Below are positions 19,260 through 27,442 of a stretch of DNA of 34,663 nt, piece after piece (within the stretch, counting starts at the first letter, position 1; each line of letters begins with the position of its first letter). Source of the stretch: Candidatus Heimdallarchaeota archaeon (lineage in GTDB: Archaea > Asgardarchaeota > Wukongarchaeia > Wukongarchaeales > JBHIFL01); the NCBI GenBank assembly GCA_046761065.1, contig JBHIFL010000048.1:1-34663 (forward strand), in the 5' to 3' direction. The translations under genes and the position numbers were made by a program. The notes under the pieces were generated by a model that saw only the letters and a program-made list of their open reading frames with translations, was not told the DNA's origin and did not search any database.

Positions 19260-20333
19260 TCAATACACTCCCTCAACTATGTCGGCAGCTTTCGTCCGAA
19301 TTATTTGTGGATTTCGCACTCCATCCCATTCAAACGGTTCAATCGGTCCAATTTTCTTCCCCTCATCTCGTTCGAGGAGGTTTACGATCAAGAAGTCCTC
19401 CGTAAACCTGTGTCCCATGACCTGCCCAATTTCCCCTACATCCACCTCCTCCCAGGGGTCATCAAAATTTACAATTCTGTAGTAGAAGTAGGGGAACCCA
19501 GGATAGTAGTCCAGATTGTAGTCTCCCTTACGAAAGGGCCTTTGGATTGCTCCTCCGAAGAGAGTATTCCCATAGATCCCCGCAATTGGAAGGCCTGTAT
19601 AGATCTCCTCTAGGAAGACCTTGTACGTGTCAACTGACATGGAAGTGCCCCCATGAACGATTCCTTTGAAGGATTGGAGCAATTCCGCGTTTGTCCGTTG
19701 AGGGAGCATTTCTAAAATTTTTGAAGTTGTTAAGAGTATTCCTACATTCTGGCTCCGGAGGATAGCCATCACTTGGTCTTGGATGTGTTGCATATACTCC
19801 TCGAGGGCTTTGAAGTTTTGACTCATCGTCAGCTTCCTGACGAACCGTGGATCTAGATCCAGGGTAAAAAAAAGATCACCTGTTGAGTGGATCATTTCCC
19901 TCATAATTGCTCCGAATATATGCGGACCTGTTGGTCCAGCAAACAGCCAGTTGTAGCCTCGTGGGATTCCATTCAATTCCAGACCCCATAGCACGTACTC
20001 TTGAGCTGCTTGCCAGTATGAACGCCCATAAATTGTTCTCTTTGGAGCGCCAGTTGCCCCGCCCGTTTCGGCTACCATCATCACTTCCGTCTTCGCAAAA
20101 CGTTTCGGTATTAGTTCTTCGATAGGGAGGTTACGTAGATCCTCTTCATTCATCAATCCCAGGACATGAAGATCCTCAACAGTCTCAATTTCTTTCTTTA
20201 CATCTATCCCTAGTTTTTTTTCTTTTTTCAACCAATACGGAGTCCCTTCTCGAGGATCAAAATGAATCTCAAGGATCTTCCGTATCCACTCGTTCAGGTC
20301 AATTTCACCTTGGAGGTATTCAACATGGACCAT
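19260..20333 (-). CDS. Truncated ANL-type adenylating protein, GriC/EhpF type
   Basis: HFDPREGTPYW, ETGGATGAPKR (ANL P-loop variant), GPTGPH, DLDPRFVRK, HGGT, YGNT, ERD and C-terminal EGVY*. Lacks the small ANL C-domain. The RBS GAGGT favours ATG 20333 over GTG 20348. Confidence 0.8.
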   Translation of the reverse strand: MVHVEYLQGEIDLNEWIRKILEIHFDPREGTPYWLKKEKKLGIDVKKEIETVEDLHVLGLMNEEDLRNLPIEELIPKRFAKTEVMMVAETGGATGAPKRTIYGRSYWQAAQEYVLWGLELNGIPRGYNWLFAGPTGPHIFGAIMREMIHSTGDLFFTLDLDPRFVRKLTMSQNFKALEEYMQHIQDQVMAILRSQNVGILLTTSKILEMLPQRTNAELLQSFKGIVHGGTSMSVDTYKVFLEEIYTGLPIAGIYGNTLFGGAIQRPFRKGDYNLDYYPGFPYFYYRIVNFDDPWEEVDVGEIGQVMGHRFTEDFLIVNLLERDEGKKIGPIEPFEWDGVRNPQIIRTKAADIVEGVY

Positions 20334-20351
20334 TGGTTGGAACCTCACTTT

Positions 20352-20837
20352 TCAAGCGGTCTTCTTTTTGGAAGATTTAACAAACTTGGAAAAAGCCTCC
20401 GCGAGAGATTCTCTTCGCTCAGGTCGTTTCTCAAGCTTCGGCTCAGAAAGTCTTAAAAGCCGTATTAACCGGTTCTCATATCCCTCAAATATGCTATCGT
20501 CCCCTATTCGGCTTTCAAGAAATGCTTGCCAGACGGGTTCTTCATAATAGTTAAAGAAATCATCAATAATTTGTTCTAGGTAGGTTTTCAAAGTTTCCGG
20601 CGCCTCCTGCTTGTCTCCAGCTAGAACAAAAAGTAAGGGAGGATGCATCGTGTAAACAAATCGATATTCTTCCGTTTCTGTGAGTTCTAAAGACTTCTGC
20701 CCGATTTCTTTACTAAAAGTGAAGATAGCAGACATGAAGCTTGAGAGCATTATGGGATCTAATTTCACTTCTTCCCCAAATGACTCATGGAAAAGGCATA
20801 TTCCGCCCCGATCAATAATCCAGAGGCCTTGTATCAT
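20352..20837 (-). CDS. Longin-like domain protein
   Basis: MIQGLWIIDRGGICLFHESF...DPIMLSSFMSAIFTFSKEI...RFVY...LLFVLAGD...LKTYLEQIIDDFFNYY follows the beta-beta-alpha-beta-beta-beta-alpha longin order typical of Asgard longins. Confidence 0.75.
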   Translation of the reverse strand: MIQGLWIIDRGGICLFHESFGEEVKLDPIMLSSFMSAIFTFSKEIGQKSLELTETEEYRFVYTMHPPLLFVLAGDKQEAPETLKTYLEQIIDDFFNYYEEPVWQAFLESRIGDDSIFEGYENRLIRLLRLSEPKLEKRPERRESLAEAFSKFVKSSKKKTA

Positions 20838-21208
20838 CTACAGCCCTCATTTTCTCAATCAGCAATATCCGAAAAGATTTGGGCAATAAATCAATGCTTC
20901 CATTAATGTATCTCTGTTCCAATCATACTCTCTGCCAGCACTATTTAATAAAGACATCGAAAATCGTTGATTTATTCAGATTTGTAATAAATAAGTGAAA
21001 GAATTCAGCAAACCTCCGGTTTTGCTAGCTAGGAGTTCATGAAATCTCATTAGAGCCTCAGAACAGTACCAAACCAGACCATTTTTAAGAAAAGATTGTG
21101 TAATGTCGGTAGGAAATTGGAAAATCTGTAGATAGAGCAATAGTTATCTTGTAATCCAAAACACATATATCAGGATGTAGTTCTTTCGATATCAAAACGA
21201 TTAGTCTA

Positions 21209-21217
21209 TTTATATAA
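21209..21217 (+). promoter_or_regulatory. TATA-box candidate for the kaiC-like operon
   Basis: TTTATATAA about 23 nt before the first in-frame ATG, in the divergent intergenic region. Confidence 0.45.
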
Positions 21218-21257
21218 GCTCCTTATACGCAAAAGTTAGATGTGGAGAATCCTGGTC

Positions 21258-22157
21258 ATGATTCAAGAACGGATCCATTCCGGAATAGCTGGATTGGACA
21301 AATTACTTGAGGGAGGTCTACTTAAGAATACTACAAATACCGTCTTTGGTGGCACTGGAACAGGAAAGACAACCTTTGCGATTCAATTTGCCCTGGCGGG
21401 CTTGTATAGTGGTGATCATGCCCTGTACATAACCTTCGAACAAACACCTGAAAAGATCCTCCGCCAAGCAGAGTCGCTTGGCCTATATGAATTACGCACT
21501 TACTATGAAGACGAGAAAATAATATTCCATCATGCAACAGGTGAAGAAGTGGTCGAATTCTTGACCACCTCGCTTCCAGGAACCGTTGACGAGCTGAAAG
21601 ATGTCATTTCTATTCACAGTCGTGTGGTCTTGGATCCACTCACGCCATTGATCTGGGAGTTGGGTGAGAAAAAGACCCAACGAACTGTTCTTACTAATGC
21701 CTTTGCTACGCTTCAAGAACTTGGGACCATCCTAACAGTTGTAGAAGAGACCAAAGGATTCGAAGCTGGCGCTGCCATGGTGGAAACGGAAACTCCTCTC
21801 TTATTATCGGACTCTATATTTCATTTACAATTTCTTGGCCTTGGGGGATTATTCAACCGTACATTGCGGATCTTGAAGTGCCGGGGCACACAGCATGGGG
21901 AGGATGTTTACCCTTTTACCTTTACGAAAGGAAATGGAATAACACTATTCCTTCCTGAAGTGGAAATGCTACCTATATCGGAGAAGGCACCTCCTCAGTT
22001 CTCAAAGATTTTCGATGAATATCTTCATATGGTCCGGAAAAAACCTGCGAGTAGTCTTAAGGACATGATATTGAAACGTATCGAAATCATGAAAGGGCAA
22101 TGGACCTACAAAGAATCCCCGGAACTGATTCTTGAAGAGTTAATCAAACAACTTTGA
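21258..22157 (+). CDS. Single-domain KaiC/RAD55-like RecA-superfamily ATPase with a helical C-terminal extension
   Basis: SGIAGLDKLLEGG, Walker A GGTGTGKT, YITFEQ, Walker B VVLDP, RTLRILKCRGTQH arginine finger. Start at 21240 or 21258. Confidence 0.9.
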   Translation: MIQERIHSGIAGLDKLLEGGLLKNTTNTVFGGTGTGKTTFAIQFALAGLYSGDHALYITFEQTPEKILRQAESLGLYELRTYYEDEKIIFHHATGEEVVEFLTTSLPGTVDELKDVISIHSRVVLDPLTPLIWELGEKKTQRTVLTNAFATLQELGTILTVVEETKGFEAGAAMVETETPLLLSDSIFHLQFLGLGGLFNRTLRILKCRGTQHGEDVYPFTFTKGNGITLFLPEVEMLPISEKAPPQFSKIFDEYLHMVRKKPASSLKDMILKRIEIMKGQWTYKESPELILEELIKQL

Positions 22158-22194
22158 ATGTTGAAAACCTGAATCTTCTTAGGGGTTAGAACCG

Positions 22195-22560
22195 TTGTCT
22201 AGGACCACGATTATAAGAAGTATGGACGATTTATACAGCCTCGAGGATGTCATTACTGTTCTGTTGGTTAGAACAGACGGGGTGGTCCTTCAATCAAACA
22301 TCCCCAGTGTGTACCCAGATCCCGAACTTATCAAATCACTGGAATGGGTGGTGTCGGCGGTTCCCTCTGTTGTCATGGAAATGCAAAAGAAAAATCTGCG
22401 GAAAGTTATCTATGACCTCGAAAGTTCCATGATTGTTTTCTATAGCTGCAGTCCACAGATTTTATTGATAGCGCTTCTTGAGCCCACGGCCAACCTTGGC
22501 CTTTTGCTAATCGAACTGAGTCGAACCGCAAGGGTAATTGGTGAGGCGCTTGAATACTAA
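22195..22560 (+). CDS. Roadblock/LC7 domain protein
   Basis: VITVLLVRTDGVVLQS and LLIALLEPTANLGLLLIELSRTA. 121 aa. Confidence 0.85.
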   Translation: MSRTTIIRSMDDLYSLEDVITVLLVRTDGVVLQSNIPSVYPDPELIKSLEWVVSAVPSVVMEMQKKNLRKVIYDLESSMIVFYSCSPQILLIALLEPTANLGLLLIELSRTARVIGEALEY

Positions 22561-22594
22561 TATGCGATCACCTAGGTAGTGAGACCAGGACAGG

Positions 22595-23920
22595 ATGAAT
22601 TTGGTAGAAGCCTCAGTAGCGGTACATAGTTCCGCCGATGCTGAAATTGCCGCTCGTGAAGCGGCAAAGAACGCCATGGGTCGGATTCGCGGGGATGCGG
22701 ATCTGGCACTAGTCCTCATCACCGATCGGTATCCTTCAAAATCCTGTTATAGCCAAGCCCTCCAAGCCATTCAGCAGCAAATTGGGGAGCAAACCCCAAT
22801 AGTTGGATGCATTACTCCGGTGGTTTTTGCTTCACGAGAGATTCCCACCATCCAAGGGGTTGCACTTATGCTCCTTCGGAGCACAGACATTAAGTTTGTG
22901 CCACTTGCATTCCAAAATGCCAGAGTGAAAGCGAGAGACATTGCAAAGCAAATGGTTAAGAGATACTTACCCTTTATTGAGTCATCAGCTGCTTATTCTG
23001 TTCTGATGTGCGCATCGGGTCCGGTATTACCCAAGGACATTTATCGCTCCCTAGAGGTCACTAACAGTTGGTTTGCTCAGAGGTTGACGCCTATCTTTTC
23101 ACGAATTTTTGGATATATCTCCCGACGCTTAATGAAGAAGGGAATGGGCTCACCTACCAGTTACATTGATACCTTAGTCCAAGTATTGGCAAACAAAGGA
23201 ATAACCAACGTAGTCGGGGGAAATTCCATCAACCATAAAGCCCTTTTTGCCTATGAATTCTTCAACACGGATGTCTTGTCCAATTCTGTTGTCTCATGCC
23301 TTTTAACTTCAGATAAACTAAAATTTGGCATCGGGTGGTCCTTTGGTGCGACTCCTACGGGAAAAAAGATCACAATAGACAAAACTCTTGGAAGCTTGAT
23401 TCTGAGAGCAAACAAGAAGAGCGGTCAAGAAGCAATCCTCGAACAAACGGGGATCACTAAAACCTATATCGAAGAGGAGCTTGCCAGTGAAAGTTATGCT
23501 CTTCTGTATCATCTTCACGGCGTTAGGGATTCGACCTCTGGCAATTATTTCCCCTACGTGTCAACCATACCACCGAATCTTTCTTCATTTATGTCGTTTA
23601 TACCGGAGAGATCATTGAAACCAGGCAAAGAGTTAGAGTTCTTGATTCAGTCCGGAGAAGATATTCTAACTTCCATTAGGACGTGCTTGATAGAAGCAAC
23701 GGCCAACATCCACCGTCCAGAATTTGCAATCATCTTTGAATGTTCAAATCGGGCGTTTGCTCTTGGGGATAAGATTCTTCGGGAAGACAAAATTATCAGA
23801 GAAATCTTAGGCGCAGATGTTCCATACATTGGATTTGGTGGCGGGGGAGAATTTTCCTATAAGCCTGAGGGGTATCACTATGTTTGCTCCACTATTCACG
23901 CCCTTGTTGCAGGAGAATAG
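22595..23920 (+). CDS. FIST N+C domain protein (putative small-ligand sensor)
   Basis: AAREAA..A, PIVGC, GVALMLL, VVGG, FGIGWSFG..PTG, IFECSNR, VPYIGFGGGGEF and TIHALV are FIST_N/FIST_C hallmarks. Confidence 0.85.
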   Translation: MNLVEASVAVHSSADAEIAAREAAKNAMGRIRGDADLALVLITDRYPSKSCYSQALQAIQQQIGEQTPIVGCITPVVFASREIPTIQGVALMLLRSTDIKFVPLAFQNARVKARDIAKQMVKRYLPFIESSAAYSVLMCASGPVLPKDIYRSLEVTNSWFAQRLTPIFSRIFGYISRRLMKKGMGSPTSYIDTLVQVLANKGITNVVGGNSINHKALFAYEFFNTDVLSNSVVSCLLTSDKLKFGIGWSFGATPTGKKITIDKTLGSLILRANKKSGQEAILEQTGITKTYIEEELASESYALLYHLHGVRDSTSGNYFPYVSTIPPNLSSFMSFIPERSLKPGKELEFLIQSGEDILTSIRTCLIEATANIHRPEFAIIFECSNRAFALGDKILREDKIIREILGADVPYIGFGGGGEFSYKPEGYHYVCSTIHALVAGE

Positions 23921-24057
23921 CTTACTGGTCATTTTTAGGTGTAAAGACCGTTATATAGAAAAAGTGCAATGAGTTACATAAATGCCTCTCTATTGAAGTG
24001 GAGGCTCTAGAAGGAGGGAAATTACTTTATAAGTTGGACGAGAGAGGCGAATGCGAA

Positions 24058-25212
24058 TTGAAAAAGCGTTTTGGGATAAGTATCAATATTATCCTGTTAG
24101 GGGTTGTGAGTTTCTTAACGGATATCTCCAGTGAGATAATTCTTCCAATCCTTCCGTTTTTTATTGTAGCCTTGGGAGGGGCGGGTCTAGCAGTTGGTCT
24201 AGTTGGAGGGCTGGAAGGAAGCATCTCCAGTATCCTAAAAGTCTTCTCGGGGTATTTTTCTGACAAGCTCGGAAAAAGAAAGGCCCTTGTAGCAGCTGGT
24301 TATTTCACGAGCTCAGTCTCAAAACTGGTTCTCCCATTTTCAACAACCGTTTCACACGTATTTTTCCTACGATCTAGCGATAGGGTTGGGAAAGGAGTAA
24401 GAACTGCTCCTAGAGATGCCCTAATTGCTGACTATTCAGCTCAGGAACGCAGAGGTCGCGCCTTTGGGTTCCATAGGGCCATGGATAGCGCAGGGGCTAT
24501 CATAGGGTCTGTGCTTGCTTTACTTTTGTTCTGGTTTTTAGAACTTGATTTTAACAAAATTATCCTCATAGGCGCCGTACTAGCCTTTTCAGCCCTCATA
24601 CCCTTGGTCCTTGTCAGGGAACCACGAAAAACGCAGAAACTCGTGAGTTTGGAGATTGGCCTTAAAAGACTCCCTAGGTCCCTCCGTTTGTTTATAATTG
24701 TTGCTTCGGTCTTTGCTCTAGGTAATTTCACCTACATGTTCTTTATCTTACGCGCCCAATCCTTATTCGAAGGACGGGGGGGTATATACATTTCAATTGC
24801 ATTGTATGTATGGTTCAATATTATCTACACGGCGTTTTCAGTTCCTGCGGGAGTATTATCGGACAAATTCGGCAGAAGAGGAGTTCTCGCTTTCGGCTAT
24901 TTCCTCTTTGGTGTGACATGCCTGGGGTTTATCGTTTCAAACTCGATGACATGGCTGACTCTCTTTTTCGCTGTATATGGGGTCACTAATGCAATAGTAG
25001 AGGGTACGCAACGGGCGTTTGCCGCCGATCTAGCGCCTGTTGATTTGCGAGGCACGGGATTGGGGACCTTCCATACCGCTGTGGGGTTGGCAGCTTTACC
25101 GGGGGGGATAATCGCGGGCCTGCTCTGGAGTTCGGTCAGCCCTGAGATGATGTTTCTTTACGGAGCGATTTTAGGGTTTTTTGCTGCAGGATTCTTGGTG
25201 TCCGTGAAATAA
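24058..25212 (+). CDS. MFS transporter
   Basis: About 12 hydrophobic segments, VSFLTDISSE, GYFSDKLGKRK, DRVGKGVRTAPRDALIAD, FGFHRAMD and LSDKFGRR. Likely TTG start at 24058; the ORF is open from 23998. Confidence 0.93.
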   Translation: MKKRFGISINIILLGVVSFLTDISSEIILPILPFFIVALGGAGLAVGLVGGLEGSISSILKVFSGYFSDKLGKRKALVAAGYFTSSVSKLVLPFSTTVSHVFFLRSSDRVGKGVRTAPRDALIADYSAQERRGRAFGFHRAMDSAGAIIGSVLALLLFWFLELDFNKIILIGAVLAFSALIPLVLVREPRKTQKLVSLEIGLKRLPRSLRLFIIVASVFALGNFTYMFFILRAQSLFEGRGGIYISIALYVWFNIIYTAFSVPAGVLSDKFGRRGVLAFGYFLFGVTCLGFIVSNSMTWLTLFFAVYGVTNAIVEGTQRAFAADLAPVDLRGTGLGTFHTAVGLAALPGGIIAGLLWSSVSPEMMFLYGAILGFFAAGFLVSVK

Positions 25213-25799
25213 CCATTATTATTCGCCGAAAGTTGTTTCTGAAAATTGCTATAGCGCACAATTCAATAGGTGTGGGCAAGAGCCCAGGATTAACGAATAT
25301 GGTAAGACCTTCTACATCTTCTAACTAGATGTGAATCTTGGAAATGGAACTCTATGTCCAAATAGGATATGTACCATATACGTTGGAAATCAGGATCTTC
25401 AACGAAAAACTCGAAAAGACATCGGGATTAACCCAATATCGGGTAATAGACTATGATGAAAAAAACGAAGAAAAAACCGAAAAAATCGAAAAAAGAGAGA
25501 ATGAAAGAGAAAAAACAGAAAAAACACAAAAAAAGAACAGAACGATTCTAGTTTGCCTAAAAGGACCTTAAAGTGAAGAGTTGCTATCGATTTAACTCGA
25601 CAGAACATATTATGTGACAAGTTGATTGAATAGAGCAATCACCACTCCCTCATTATTATGCAGATGGTGGTTTAAAGAGTTTGCAGAAAAGAAGGATGCA
25701 ATCATAACAAAGCCCTTTATTAGATCTATAAAGCAGAAGTCGTTAGGAATAGTGCCAATATTAGGTTTATGAAATTATACAATTGATCTCTAAGCAGGA

Positions 25800-27239
25800 A
25801 TGGTGAAATTCATGGTCTCAGAACACTTTTTGGACACGCCTTTGCTCTATGATGGGAAAATGATCAACGAGTTCATTCCTCAAAAATACAATCGGCTCGT
25901 CAAAGTTTTAGAAGAGACGAATTGGAAACCGGAATTCGAAAATTTGGAAGAGAAGCTAGATGATGTCTTAGACAACCCCGTAGGATACACTGAATCCCTA
26001 GAACAATTGGTGGCAAGACATTATGGAAAACACAACAAAATCTTGATACTATTAGACGATAATACCCGACCAAATGAACACACGAAACTTCTTCTCCCCC
26101 TATTATTGCCCCGTTTGCTTGATTATGGGATTACAAAAGAGGATATTCATATCCTGTTTGCATGTGGAACCCATCGGGCTCCTACCCCCGCGGAACAAAA
26201 AGGGATATTGGGTTCTGAAATCTGGACGGAATATCACGACCGACTACTCGTTCATGATTGTGACAAAGGTTGTATCGATTTAGGTATTCAAAGTAGCATG
26301 GGGACCCCCATCATCATCAACGAGCATGTCATAACTGCTGACTTAGTCATCCCGATAACAGATTCTGAGCTCCACTACTTTGCAGGGGTTGCTGGCACAA
26401 TAAAAGAACTGATTCCTGGGGTAGCAGCAAGGCGCACGGTCAACAAAAATCATGTAAGATTATTTGATCCAAAATTAGGCTTCAAAACGGCATGTCGGCT
26501 AGGTAATGTTGATGGGAACCCAGTGATCACCGACATCAAAGAAATGGTAAATAAAATCACCAAGAAAGTCCCCATATTTGGCATCGATGCTATATTTGGG
26601 CTCCATTCGAGGGAAATCGTATACCTGAACGCAGGAGATCTTGTCAAACTTCATGAAGCCGCCGCTCGCCGTATAGTTGCTTTGCGAACCGTAGAAATTA
26701 ATTCTCCTGCAGATATCGTTATAGTGTCGGCAAAACAATTAGGTATCAATTTATACCAGACTGGGAAGGCAATCCATACAGCTTGGAATGCTGTTAAACG
26801 AGGAGGACAAGGAAAAATCATCGTCCTTGCCGCATGTCGGGATGGGGTGGGAAGTGCTTCCTACCTCCAAAGCATGGACCAATGCAAGAACAAATCCCTC
26901 GATCAAGCCTTGGAATTTGTTCTTGCGCATTATTGCACCGAGGAGACCTTCCGGATTGGAAATCAAAAACCAGTGGATCTAATCAGAATCCTGCAGTCTA
27001 TTGGGGAAACAAACATTCATATGATAACTGAAATGGATCCTGAGCTCCTGAAACGCACCTTCCGAATCAATCCAATTCGAAAAGCACCTGACGAGAGTGT
27101 TAGCACGGTTCTCACGCAAGTTCTTGCTGATTTAGTGGAATGGGGGAAAAGAGAGAAGGAGGGGGCTCCTCCCTCGATTTACGTGATCCCTGACCCGGGG
27201 GTGCTTGTGGTACAAAAACATCAGTCCATTTTCCTTTGA
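25800..27239 (+). CDS. larA: LarA-family nickel-pincer-nucleotide racemase/epimerase
   Basis: DNTRP, GTHR, ELHYFAGVAGTIK (His, Lys), KNH and LYQTGKA correspond to the LarA active-site set. The substrate is not assignable. Confidence 0.85.
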   Translation: MVKFMVSEHFLDTPLLYDGKMINEFIPQKYNRLVKVLEETNWKPEFENLEEKLDDVLDNPVGYTESLEQLVARHYGKHNKILILLDDNTRPNEHTKLLLPLLLPRLLDYGITKEDIHILFACGTHRAPTPAEQKGILGSEIWTEYHDRLLVHDCDKGCIDLGIQSSMGTPIIINEHVITADLVIPITDSELHYFAGVAGTIKELIPGVAARRTVNKNHVRLFDPKLGFKTACRLGNVDGNPVITDIKEMVNKITKKVPIFGIDAIFGLHSREIVYLNAGDLVKLHEAAARRIVALRTVEINSPADIVIVSAKQLGINLYQTGKAIHTAWNAVKRGGQGKIIVLAACRDGVGSASYLQSMDQCKNKSLDQALEFVLAHYCTEETFRIGNQKPVDLIRILQSIGETNIHMITEMDPELLKRTFRINPIRKAPDESVSTVLTQVLADLVEWGKREKEGAPPSIYVIPDPGVLVVQKHQSIFL

Positions 27240-27442
27240 AGGACGAAGCTTAGAAATTCCGTCTCCGACCGATCCTGTTTGCCGTTATGGCTGAGCAAAT
27301 TCATATTCATCGGTTGCTTGAAACGCAAAGCGTAGACGCAACACACAGAGGCCACGTACTCCAATCAATTTATCGAAACCTGCTAGGAGAGGTATATTCA
27401 TCGCATTGGTTGTTTAAGGGCGGTCTGAAATATCGGATTATT

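Noticed and set aside
17483-20333. Bioluminescence (luxCE) or phenazine biosynthesis cluster
   Set aside because: No luxAB/luxD or phzA-G core genes in the window; only the reductase pair is supported.
21258-22157. Circadian clock KaiC
   Set aside because: Single domain, no canonical phosphosites, and no KaiA or KaiB.
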